64,000 bases of DNA, from positions 122,428-186,427 of the forward strand of contig RHPI01003124.1 in NCBI GenBank assembly GCA_009103225.1, given 5' to 3'. Below, piece after piece: positions 1 through 12,580 of the stretch (positions are counted from its first letter, which is position 1; each line of letters starts with the position of its first letter). The position numbers and the translations under genes were made by a program. The stretch comes from Chlorokybus atmophyticus. Taxonomy: Eukaryota; Plantae; Mesostigma and Chlorokybus algae. Below the pieces are notes generated by a model, which made no database searches, was not told where the DNA came from, and saw only the letters and a program-made list of their open reading frames with translations.

Positions 1-3000
1 TGCACCTCCATATGCATGTGGGCGAGAGCCATGTACACGTACCACGGCATCGCCAAGGCGGTGGCGCCCAAGAGAGCGCAGCTGGCGCAAGCGCAGGCGC
101 AACTGGATGTGACCTTGGCGACGTTGGCGGAAGCGCAGGGGAGGTTGAGAGAAGTGGAGGAGAAACTGGCGGGACTGGAAGCCAAGTTCCAGGAAGCGCT
201 GAGGAAAAAAGCCGACCTCGCGAAACAGGTGAGAAGGGGCTTGACAACGACGGACGGTTTACCGTAGGTGGACACGCATGCTCACATGCATACACACGTG
301 GGCACGCACGCATGCATACACACGTGCTCACGTCTGCACACGCATGCACGCGCGTGTGCATGCGTGTGCAGATGCGAGCAGGTGTTTACATACAAGGGTT
401 GAGTAGCGTAGTGCAGAGACACCCACCTAAGACATAGCCACGAGTAGTATCAACACACGCCCGTGTCTTCTCCATGTAGGTCTCCGACTGCGAGGTCAAG
501 TTGGAGCGCGCCGGCAAGCTGATCGGCGGTCTTGGCGGCGAGCGTCTCCGCTGGACGGATTCCGTGGCGTCCCTCTCGAACGACCTGGTCAACGTCGTCG
601 GGGACGTCACGATCGCGGCCGCCGCCGTCGCGTACGCGGGACCGTTCACGCCGGGGTTCAGGACGAGGTTGGAGAAGGAGTGGCAGCAACTGCTGGTGGA
701 TCTCGGGGTGAGGGAGACATGGACATTGATAGACGCATACATGTGCACACGCGCATACGTGCTTATGTGCACATGTTGGCGTTGGCGTGCCCGCGTGTGT
801 GTGTGCATGCGTGCACGCGTTTGCGCGGAGACGTGTGCTTGAGTGTGTGTGTGCGCACGTGCGTGCTTGCGTGCGTATGTGCGACACTTTGGCATAGATG
901 GTAAGCACCAGCATTGTGTCATACGTTGGTGGTGTCTTGCAGATACCCCACACAAAGGACACCAACCTCAGGATGACGCTACAAAACCCCGTCAAGATAC
1001 GCGCGTGGACCATCGCTGGTAGGCTGCTGTACATTTGTGTCATGTGGACTTGTTCGCTTCTGCACCCTAACTTACTGTCATCATCTTCTCAGGCTTGCCC
1101 TCGGACGCCGTCTCGATCGAGAACGGCATCATCGTCTCCAAGGCTCGCCGCTGGCCGTTGATGATCGACCCTCAGGGCCAGGCCAACAAGTGGGTGAAGA
1201 ACATGGAGCGTGGCGGTAGCTCCAGCGGCGGCGACAATGCGAACACGTCGGGGGGACTCGACGTCATCAAGCTGTCGGATAAGGACTTCCTGAGGACGCT
1301 GGAGAACGGAGTGAGACTGGGGAGAGCGGTGCTACTGGAGAATATATTGGAGACGCTGGATCCGGCACTGGAACCGCTGCTGCTGAAACAAACGTTCAAG
1401 CAGGTACGGAGTGAAGGTGGTTGTTGCCTTTGTGTTGGGAAGGATACTGTGGCAACAAGTTTGTTTGCATGGATCGTTTGCGAGTGGGTTGGCACACAAC
1501 CAACACGCATGCGCACACCTACGTATGTGTGCATGCACGTGTGTGTGCGCGCTTACACACACACGTACACACATGCGTGCCAATACTCACGCTCGTGCCA
1601 ATACTGGCACACGCACGTGCGCACACATACACTCATGCATGAGCATGCATGCGCACGTACAAACCACCACCGCAAATCCCTATTGAAACCGACCTGTGTC
1701 ATTGTCTCTGTCTCTCTCTGTCTGTCAGGGCGGCGGCGAGGTGATCAAGATCGGCGACAACATCATCCCCTACCACTCCGACTTCCGTTTCTACATGACT
1801 ACAAAACTCCGCAACCCCCACTACCCCCCCGAGGTCTCCGTCAAGGTCTCTCTCCTCAACTTCTTCGTGACGCCCGAGGGCCTGGAGGACCAGTTGCTGG
1901 GGCAGGTGGTGGAGCAGGAGAGACCGGACCTCGCGGAGCAGAAGAGCCAGCTGGTGGTGAGTAACGCCAAGATGAAGAAGGAGCTGAAGGAGATTGAAGA
2001 CAGGATACTGGAGCTGCTGAGCAATAGTAAGGGGGATATATTGGAAGATGAGACGCTGATCAATACGCTGGCGCAGAGTAAACTCACGTCCAACGAGATC
2101 GCGGTCAAGGTATGGGAACAGATGTAGAGCTTTGCTTGCTGTGCAATGTGTGTGTGTGTGTGCGTGTATGCGCATGTGTGTGCGCGTGCCTGTGTGCCAG
2201 TCTCAACATTCATATGCCAGGTTGCGGAGGCAGAGAGGACTGAGGTTGCCATCGACACTACTCGCGAGTCGTACCGTCCTGTGGCCGCCCGCGCATCACT
2301 ACTCTTCTTCTGCATCGCCGACCTCACCCTCGTCGACCCGATGTACCAGTACTCCCTTACATGGTTCATCGCCCTTTTCGTTAGAGGTAGGTAAACTCTT
2401 TTCTGCTCTTTGTTGTACAGACACACGCGCGCACACATCATCATCCTCTGTGTGCGGTGTGCGCAGGTATCAACGAGGCGGAGAAATCATCCAACCTGGA
2501 GGAATGCGTGGTGAAGATCAACGACCACATAACGTACCTACTGTACGTCAACGTTTGCCGGAGCCTGTTCGAACAGCACAAGCTCATGTTTTCCTTCCTG
2601 CTATGCATCAAGATACTACAGGTACGAGTGTATGATTGTCTCTCACTCATAGCAATTGCGCTGTGTATGTTGAGAAACGTGCTCACGCGTGTGATGCGAC
2701 ACACACACAGCACAAGGGCCAGATTGACCCCTTCGAATGGCGCTTCCTGCTTGCGGGCGCGACATCGACAGAAGTGATGCTGCCCAACCCGGCACCCGAA
2801 TGGCTCATAGACAAGGTACATATTGAACATATTAACCTTTATATGTGAGCAGCATACACACAGAAACACACATCCCATGTCAGGCTTGGATAGAGATCCT
2901 CAACCTGTCGCGGTTGCCCGCCTTCGCCGGTTTCGACACGCACGTGGCCGAGAACGCGTCGCACTATCGTCGCGTGTTCGACTCCGCGGACGCGCACAGG

Positions 3001-6000
3001 GAGCCCCTCGCGAGCCCGTGGGAGGAGAGACTCAACCAGTTCCAGAAGATGCTCGTGCTGCGGTGCCTGCGCGTCGACAAGGTATCCAAGAATGTGTCAC
3101 CGCCTTTCAGTGCACGCGCAGGCACACATGTGCACAACCACATGCGTACACATGCACAAACGTGTGCACACGTCTACGTACACAGGCACGCACGCATACA
3201 GTTGTGTCGGTGTGTGGGTTTATGTAGGTGTGCACGTGTGTGCATGCGCAAGCGCACGTGTTCCTACATACACCCACAGCACACTCACATACACACACAT
3301 GGACACGCGCACACGTACACACACGCACACACGCACATACGCGTGTGACTGCAGTAGAAGCATGCGCACCTGCGCTTGCATGCGTGCATAGGCTCATCGT
3401 TCACTGACAGAACCGACACTCCGCAAGTACGCGTCAAACATGCATCCCAACGCAACCACATGCCATAGCCCACACAACAACTCACACCCACCCATCTCCA
3501 GGTCCAGCTGGCCCTCTCCGACTTCGTCTCCTCCCACCTCCTCCCCCGTTTCGTCGACCCTCCTCCCTTCGACCTCCCCTCTTGTTTCCGCGACTCCTCC
3601 CCTTCCTCCCCGCTCATCTTCGTGCTCTCCGCCGGGGCCGACCCCATGGCCGATCTCCTGAAACTCGCGGACGAGATGAGGTTCGGGAAGAAGTTCGAGA
3701 AGGTGTCGCTGGGACAGGGGCAAGGACCCAAGGCGGAGAGGCTGCTGACCCTGGGGATGGATAGGGGGATGTGGGTGTGCTTGCAGAACTGTCACCTGGC
3801 GGCGAGCTGGATGGCGACGCTGGAGAGAATCGTGGAGAACATACAACCGGATAAGGTAGGGTCACAACAATGTAGCTGTGAGTGTGGCGTGCGCACACGC
3901 ACAGCTGTGTGCTTGTGTGTGCGCGCGCGCGCACCCATGCAAGCACACAGCTATCATATCGAATCAACGTGCGTGTACACGCACAGCTGTCGGTGTATAG
4001 CGCGCACATGCATGATTGTGTGTGTCCGCGCGCTCACAAGCATGGATACATAGCTCTGATGTCCGCACACACTGTGCGTGCGTGCGTGCGCCGCGCGCGC
4101 ACACACACACACGCACACAGCTTTGGCATCAGTCACTTCACACACGACACCTCGCGTTCCACACAATGCTCCTGACTTTTCCTTCTCCCTCCCCTTCCCC
4201 CTCCGCCAGGTCCACAAGGACTTCCGTCTCTGGCTGACCTCGATGCCCTCCTCCCAGTTCCCCGTCTCCATCCTCCAGAACGGCGTGAAGATGACGCTGG
4301 AGCCCCCCCGCGGACTCAAGAGCAACCTCGCGAGGTCGTACGGACGCGTCACCGACAAGTACCTCGCGGCGTGCGAGAAGCCGGAAGAGTGGAGGAAGCT
4401 GCTGTTCGGGATATGCCTCTTCCATGCCGTCATACAGGTAGACAGGGTGGGGGTGGGGATAGAAGTTGTTGTTGATGATGTTGTTGAGGTTGTTGTCGTC
4501 GTTGTTATTATTGTTGTTGTTGTTGTTGTCGTTGTCGTGGTCGTTGGCGTTCGTCATTACTGAACACCACCACCACCAACAACAACAACAACAACGACCA
4601 CGACCACAGAAGTAGTGGTTGTGGTGGTGATGATGATGATGAAGATGATGATGATGATGATGATGATGGACTTGTCGTTGTTGTTGTTGTTGTTGTTGAT
4701 GATGATGATGACACGACTGTTGCTCTCAGGAGAGGCGTAAGTTCGGTCCTCTTGGTTGGAACATCCGTTACGACTTCACCGAGGGCGACTTGGGCGTTTG
4801 CCAGACCCAGATGCGCATGCTCCTGAACGAGTACGAGTCCATCCCCTTCAAGGTGATCCGTTTTCTGTGCGCCGAGATCAACTACGGCGGCCGCGTCACG
4901 GACGACAAGGACAGGCGACTCATCAACAACCTGCTCGTGACATTTGTCAACGACGATGTCGTGGCGAATAGCGATAATAGTACGGAGTACTCGTTTAGTG
5001 CGTCGGGAGCGTTTAAACTGCCTGTGGCGGGGCTTGCGGGTGATGTGAAGGGCGTATTCGAGCATATACGAGCCCTACCAGCTGCGCCGAAGCCGGATAT
5101 ATTTGGGTTGCATGATAATGCGGATATCACGTCGGATCAGAATGAGACTTATGCGCTGCTTGCTACCGTGCTGTCGCTACAACCACGTGTCTCAGCTGCA
5201 GCAGGTGCGCGTGTTGGTACAAGTCAATCACCACGCATACTTTTGCTGTATGTGCGTGTGCGCGCATGCGTGCGCGTGCCTGTGCATGTGTACACGTGTC
5301 TTGACATGTGTGCTGCAGGCGGTATCAGCAGGGAGGCTGCCATAGAGAAGGCTTGCACGGACATCCTCGGCAAGGTCCCCGCTCTGTTTGACAATGCGGC
5401 GGTAGCGAGCAAGTACCCCGCGACGTACCGCGAGAGCATGAACACGGTCCTCGCGCAGGAGTGCATCCGCTACAACGGCCTCCTGCAGGTCATGAAACGG
5501 TCCCTACAGGACGCGCTCAAAGCGCTAAAGGGACTCGTCGTCATGTCGAATGATCTAGAGATGGTCTGCAACAGCATCTACGACAACCAGGTGCGTGGGT
5601 GTCAGTGCGCGCTCGTGTGTTGGTTTGTCAAGCGGAAAAGCATGCACATATTTGTGGGGACATACAGCAGGCACATAGACACTCTGTGTGACTGATGTTG
5701 TATACGACTTGTTTATTCAGCGTTGACTCTCTGATCCAACAATCACGATGAAGTCATGCATGTATGTTCTCCACTTTAGGTGCCAGACATGTGGGCACAA
5801 AAGGCCTACCCTTCACTGAAGCCGCTGTCTTCGTGGGTCAACGACTTGCTGGAGCGTTGCGAGTTCGTTTCCACATGGATCAAAAACGGGCCGCCGCCAG
5901 TCTACTGGATTTCGGGCTTCTTCTTCCCTCAGGCAAGTTGGGGGTACAACACACAAGTTTCCGCATCATGAACGCACGCACGTATAATGATATACTTATT

Positions 6001-6897
6001 GTGGGCTCCTCCTGTGCAGGCGTTCTTGACGGGTACGCTGCAGAATTACGCGCGCAAGTATGTGTATGCCATCGATACCGTGCAGTTTGGATATGTTGTG
6101 CTTGACGACAAGTCCGACAAAGAGATCACTGCCGGTAGGTTCTTATGAACTCAGCTAGCGTGTTGTTGCCTTGTGAGAGCAACACGCTGTGTGCAACAGT
6201 CTTCTCATGTCAACCTGCAGTTACCGTTCACCTTAAGTCGCCAATTGCAATGATACCTGTGTGTGAAAGGTCTAAGGTTTATATGAGCGCAGGTCCCGAG
6301 GACGGTTGCTACGTCCGGGGTCTTTTCCTCGAAGGCGCTCGTTGGGACGCGACAACGCACATGCTGGGCGAGTCGCACCCCAAGGAGCTGTACACGGACA
6401 TGCCGGTGGTGTGGCTGCGGCCCGAGCAGAACGCCAACAGCGCCCAACGCGCGGGAGCCAACAAGGTCAAGAGCGGAGTGTACGACTGCCCAGTGTACAA
6501 AACCCTCACGAGAGCGGGTGAGTTTCAGATGTGAATTGTTGCTTGCAACACTGGAGCATGCATTGCTGTGAGGGTGGTCAATGAAGAAGCGTAAGCGCGT
6601 GCAAGCTCCTGCTTTCTTTTGTCACCTCGCGAGAGTGTTGATTGAGAGCAACAGCGCATGCATATAGGAGCACTCATGCAACATTTGCATGCATGCAACA
6701 GATGTGTCAAGACAGGGACTGATTATGCTTGAAATCCTACCTGACTTGAACACTTGTTCGCTTGTTCTGTTGCAGGGACACTTTCGACAACGGGCCATTC
6801 CACCAATTTCGTCATGTACATCGAGCTGCCAACGGACAAGCCGCAGAAGCACTGGATCAACCGCGGAGTGGCACTTTTCTCATCTCTGATGTTCTAA
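1..6897 (+). CDS. Axonemal inner-arm dynein heavy chain (DNAH1/DNAH7 type), 3' portion; starts upstream of window
   Basis: Exons join in frame: <1-228, 480-707, 943-1018, 1093-1403, 1729-2109, 2221-2386, 2467-2621, 2711-2815, 2884-3081, 3502-3855, 4210-4437, 4730-5204, 5319-5590, 5780-5932, 6020-6134, 6293-6517, 6776-6897. Dynein motifs: [82 protein letters not shown] then TAA. Confidence 0.96.
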
Positions 6898-7100
6898 GTT
6901 TTGGTGCATAATGTCATCAATCAACACCCATTCATGCGAATGAACATAAGATTTCATATGACAATCAGTCAATAAGTCAGAGTAGAGTACAAAGTAGTGT
7001 ATTATACTGCAGGGCAGTCTATGTATAATCAACATCGCTATCAGGAACTTGTAAGTGTACCACTGTAATAATGATGGTTGCATGTAAAGGAGACTCGACT

Positions 7101-8665
7101 TCAAGGCATGGGTGATGGGAAGACTGGGTCAGGTGCGAAACCGTAGTCATACAAAGGTGCATTCTCCAGCAGCGCGTCATGCTCGTGAATGAACGCCGGC
7201 AGCTTGACTTGCCCGTCGGCGATGTGCTCCAGCAGAAACTCAGTGCGCGATATGTACACCTGCACAGTTGAGGTGTGCACATGCGTATACGCGCACACAA
7301 ACGCGCGCGCGTGCGTATGACCGCGTGCGTGTTTGTGTCCATGTGTGTGTGTGTGTGTGTGTAAACATGTGCGCGTTACTTCTGGCAGGAAGTATTGTTC
7401 GTGTTGTTTGACATTACCGTGATGTAGAATTTGTTGACCACTTACCACATTTGACCACAACTCGCTCAAGAAGGGGCTGAGTGCCAGCAGGCTTGCACGG
7501 AGACCGATGCCGGGGTGCATCACATAAAGCGTTTTCAAGTGCTGCTTGTACCTGCCATGCATGTCCTTTAATCAGAACTTCCAAGACATAGACCGCTACC
7601 TGCCTGTGTAAGCATTCAAGCCATTGCGTCATGTGGCTAAACCAGCTGCCATCAACAGGGAGCACTTGCACACATGAAAAAAAAAATTATTGGTGGGTTT
7701 TCAAAACACACGTTTGCAAGCACACACGCATGCGCGCACACTTATACCAGCATACCAGCTGGGCAGCCATCTGTATGTGCGGATGAGCCATGACAGGCCG
7801 GGAGAATTCTCCTGAACGAGGTGCAGCTTAGTTGATTGTGTCAATGCGCATTAGACACAGAAACACGAACAGGAAAATGCGTACAAAAGCGCACCTTGCC
7901 TTCCACGTCTGTATGAACATACAGTATAGCGTAGTCACTCGCAGAGGCTACACCGCCAACTGTCTTGATTAGGTACCTGTGTTGCTGTTGAGGTACTCAT
8001 GCATGCCTGTTTACAATTGAGATTCGGCTTGCAACACATGTTTTACCTGCGGAGACGGTCGCCGTCAAGAGCTTGCATGGGAACATGACGGCCCACAACA
8101 AGGACCAAAGCCCTGCCAGCTAAGTCCCTTCCTGCGCTGGGCGAACGACCCCAACTGTCAATTTGTGTGCTATGCTATGCTTTGATTCAGAATCACAGTT
8201 GCCAAACACAGCAGTGGCTGCCTTGTTCACCTGCCAATTGCAGGAATCCAAGGCGGTCCAAGTCGTCAAAGCTTTCGTTGGCCGCAGCTGCGACCTCCGC
8301 CTCATACTCGCTGCTACCGCCACTCGTTGCAGCCTGCAATTGGAGATCAGCACCACACAAAGCAGACTGTGTTGCAGAGCAGCCAAAACATCAAGCTGTG
8401 CATAAACAGCATGTGGTGGTGCCTGTCAGCTGCTTGTTGCCCAGAAACACGTTCGCATCATCATCAACCACATCAACATCGAGTCACAACTTCATCATTT
8501 CCAACCATATCAGGCATGGCTGCAACGCATGTGTACAGCAGCAGCTGTGTTGCATGTGCATGTTGTAAGGGTTAACATCATCATTCACTGTCATCCACGC
8601 GCCTGCGCAGCGGAGTCGCTTGCTGCGGTGTCCACAGCCGCCCTCTCATCCTTGGCGTCATCCAT
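7101..8665 (-). CDS. CRAL-TRIO/Sec14-like (BNIP2/GDAP2-type, CRAL_TRIO_2) lipid-binding protein
   Basis: Spliced peptides FDDLDRLGFLQLAGRDLAGRALVLVVGR, YLIKTV..DYAILYVHT, NSPGLSWL, YKQHLKTLYVMHPG..LSPFL, FIHEHDALLENAPLYDYG; stop at 7101. The first exon (ATG 8665) is less certain. Confidence 0.82.
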
Positions 8666-9138
8666 TCGGCAACGTTACGCCCGCTGCATAACTTCGGTCG
8701 TGAATGTGCCGACATCGAGATCCTACGGTGGGTCGCAAAGTTGAGGGTGAGTCACCCATCATGGGTCTCGGGGTGACACTGTCAGGTTCATGCATTAGCA
8801 CTCCCAGCCCGATTACGCCACGTGTGCAACCAGAAGTGATGGTCACTGCAAGGGCAGTGTGTTTTGTTCGCGCGGCGTCGGTTCAGCGCGCGGTCGGTTG
8901 GTTCTGACGTTGGCGCAATCATAGCGTGACGTGTGTCGCATCACGTCCCCGCGGTTGTGCATCCAACTCTGGTTGCCGCCCATTAGCGGCCGGTTGTTGA
9001 ATGACTAAATCAACTACTTTGCATTGGTTCACTTATCGGTATAGGTTGACCATTCAATGTCACGTTATCAGTGACATCAGTGACGCGCTACGCACGTCAT
9101 TCTGATTGGGTTGATGTGCTTTATCAATGGATTCAACA

Positions 9139-9450
9139 TTTAATCAGCGTTCGTAAGGGGCAACGTGGCCAACTGTGGCGCCGGTAGATTACTGGGCGAC
9201 GGGTTCGGGTTAAGCGCGTCTGAGGTTTCCAATTAGGCGTGTTAGTATGGCCGCCAACAGGGGCCGCCGAACATCGAAAGTTACGCCTATAAAGACGCGT
9301 CACGCACGTTGTATAAATAAAGTCAATGTGCTCAAATAAAGCCAACGGGTGATCAGCGTTCATAACGGGCAATGTGGCCGATGGTGGCTCCGATAGATTA
9401 CCCGGCGACGTCCGAGTTAAGCGCGTCTCGAGGTTTCCAGTTAGGCGTCA
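9139..9450. repeat. Two diverged direct copies of a ~110 bp unit (about 9139-9240 and 9350-9450)
   Basis: ATCAGCGTTCRTAA.GGGCAAYGTGGCC...TAGATTAC..GGCGACG...GTTAAGCGCGTCT..GAGGTTTCCARTTAGGCGT occurs twice about 205 bp apart. Confidence 0.85.
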
Positions 9451-9499
9451 CCCCGTAAATTACGCCGTGATGCAAGCGCGCCTGTCTACAGCACAACAG

Positions 9500-12070
9500 T
9501 CGAATCGCCAAAAGCGTTTTTGCTTATGCCTGTAGTCTAGGATTGCAGCAGACGGACGGTCGCGATGAAGTGTGGCGACGTAGATAGGACGTGAGCAAGG
9601 TGTGAACTGGTCTGATCATGGGCTGATCGGTGTGTTCGGTGCGTTCAGCGCTGTCGTAGACGCTGCGGATGTGTTCGACGTTTTTTGACGGTCGTTTGTC
9701 AGCGCTTATACCAGTTTTGTGTGTGGCTGGCGATGTTGTGGAGTCGTTGTCGTCAGCCGTTGTGGTTGGTGTTGTATATCTGTTATCGGCTGATATGTCG
9801 TAGCGCATCGCCGTTGGCGACATGATGTCGCCACTGTGCAACGTAGTGTGGTGTTCAAATTTTGGGTTATTGTTGCGGGGTTTGAATTCAGAGCAGTGTT
9901 TGCTGTGTTGGTGGTGATGGCGGCGACGGGTGAGGCGGCGATTAAAGCGTTGGATGAGCGGCAGCGACAGAGGCTGCTGGCGTTTGAAAAGCAGAGAAAG
10001 GAGCGCTGTGATTGCCAGAGAGACTATGCCAAGCGTCGTCGCAAAAAAGACAAGGTATATGCCGGTGGACTTAAGGCTGACCTGGGTTTGCAGAAGTTTA
10101 GGATGAACTACTAGTATATTCTTGGCTGCGTTGGTTTCCGGTAGGCCATGGCGTTGGGACGGAGACGACCTTGTCATACAACCCTAGTATCTAGTGAGTG
10201 TTTGTATTGTTGCATTAGTTTGCAGTCATTGTCTTGCTCATCATTTGTTTTGAATGCTTGTGAAATGCTAACACTGTGTGGGCTGTCATCAGACATGTGG
10301 ATATCACATAGCGTGTCTGTTGCCACTCTAGTGGGCTAAATTACTGCGGTGAGTGGTGATGCTATGACACGTTGGGTAGCATTGGTGTCATAGTCGCTCC
10401 AATGTTGAACAGTGTTTACATTGTTTGTGCTGCAGGATGATGACGTGGACCTGGAGTATTCGGCGTCAGTAAAAGAGGACCAGGAGAGTATCGCACCTTC
10501 TACGAAGAACCCTTGTCAACGGGAGCATCTTTTGAACGCAAACATACTAACAATTAAACAATGCGCAAATGAGACTTGCCCCCCTCCCCCCCCCCCTCCG
10601 CCAGGTCCACAAGGACTTCCGTCTCTGGCTGACCTCGATGCCCTCCTCCCAGTTCCCCGTCTCCATCCTCCAGAACGGCGTGAAGATGACGCTGGAGCCC
10701 CCCCGCGGACTCAAGAGCAACCTCGCGAGGTCGTACGGACGCGTCACCGACAAGTACCTCGCGGCGTGCGANCAACCCAGTCGACGCTGGCGGCAGGCAC
10801 GGCCCCATCCACCAGCATTCACGTCATGAGCACCTGCAGAACATATGCACATGACATCACATCATACGCATACACATACACAGCACCGTCACGCTCCACC
10901 ACTGCCTGCAAATGCATCACACACGCATGCAAGCAGGCCAGTAAACAACTGTGCCAACCAAACATCACCCAGTGGAGGGTGAAGCCTGTTGCCTATAAGC
11001 GATTTCACATGCACAAAACTACCACCGGATTACGACCCCAAACATAGTACACACCTGGTCCTGCCGGCACGATGGGATGCCAGCCATCGTCCTCAATATG
11101 TGGAGGAGGATGAGGTAGGCCAAGGTTGTCAACATAACCATCGTCACCTCCCAGCAGTGGATGAAGACTCCACTGACCGACCTCAAACGGCAACCACTCC
11201 GTGTCATGCCACTGCTCAACCCAGTGACGCCGGCGACCGGGATCCACATCACAATAAGTACCAATCACCCAGCGCGCAAGTGGCACGCTGCCTACCACAT
11301 GCTCCACTACCAAGAGTTCACTTCCCAAACGCTGTGGGAAGCCAGCAAGCCCTTGCCGAACACGATGCAAGCTAAATCTGAAACCAAACCCCCCGGGCAA
11401 CTCAATATGAAACTCCCTCACACCCGGCGCAGACCCCACTTGCGATGCAGCTATATGCACCGGCCATTCAATTGATACCTAACAAGTGTTAACAACCACA
11501 CATTCAGCTGCGACAACACACAATCACCATCACAACAGACCAACAATGGCATTCACTTGCTCGTAGGCAGTCTCATAGACAGACTGCCTGCGCCTGATGT
11601 ATGACAGTGAGGCGCTCAGCGAGAAAATAATGCCGTCGAGGCTGGCGCCATTAGCACCTACATGCCCGCCATGCCACGTGATCGACTCACCGCCCACGTC
11701 GCCCGCAATCCCGCCGCCGTCCACATCAAACCCCGCACCAACCACACCAACAGCAACCACCAGCACACGAGCAAATGGCGCCAATTCAACGTGGCACAGA
11801 TGCTGAAAAGCGGCAGAATGGACATAAACGACTGTACCGCCCAACAACCCACTAAATACGTCAACCGTCTACTCGCAAATAACAAACGGCGGTCGCACTG
11901 ATAACAGCGCTGTCAAACCCTGACACAACAGCGTAGCACACCCCAATGCCGACATCAAAACACGCTCACTCGACGCTGAGCCAGCAGCGCTAAACGTGCC
12001 GTCGCCGTCGCAAAGCGCATTTTGTACACCCACATCAACGTCGCTAGTCGCAGTTCAGCGCAGCATTATC
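9500..12070. mobile_element. Putative decayed DNA transposon with two convergent spliced ORFs
   Basis: Plus ORF MAATGEAAIKALDERQRQ..KRRRKKDK splices (donor 10054, acceptor 10435) to DDDVDLEYSAS. A minus-strand ORF at 11005-11847 points toward it. Short inverted matches link 9642-9706 to 11906-11996. No transposase motif recognised. Confidence 0.3.
10592..10771 (+). repeat. ~180 bp copy of dynein intron end plus exon (source 4197-4376)
   Basis: Appears identical by eye to 4197-4376, including the acceptor CCCCCTCCGCCAG; ends at the single N at 10772. Confidence 0.95.
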
Positions 12071-12580
12071 TAAGTCACCACACCCGCTATGGCTTCCTCC
12101 AACAGCAACAACCTGCTTGCTACCGCTGAAGAGGTGCTTCTGTGCATGATGGTCAGAAAACCTTCACTATTATCAAGCCTTCTTAAGTTTATAGCTTGTG
12201 CTGGCTTGTAAGATGCTTGCTGCCAGCCTTGCGTAATGCTTGCCATGCCGCGATGCTACCAGAGCTACAAGTAAGCATATGTTGTGCGCCCCAGCCAATA
12301 ATAAATCGCTTTTCATTTGTTGCTCTCGCAGCCTTCAATTGAGCCTTCACATCACGTTTACTTTTTAACCTCGCCCTATTTCCCTGGGACGTTATGTGCT
12401 GCTCGTCGCTGACGATGAACGCAAGCAGCTTATGTTCATACCACGCCTGTTAAGCGCTCTTGCTTTTCACACTGAGTACACCGTGTACATCAAGTTGCAT
12501 TGCAGCCGCATATTGCTACACCAAGCAACGATAACGTTTGTTCCCTGCAATGTGAAAGTATGGCGGTGTTCTTTGAACAT

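Noticed and set aside
229-4200. Many long ORFs rich in H/T/A/R/C/V/M in the ORF track
   Set aside because: Translations of CA/TG-repeat introns or antisense frames of dynein exons; not proteins.
11160-11900. Ulp1-like protease reading on the plus strand
   Set aside because: Catalytic Cys absent; splice signals favour the minus strand.
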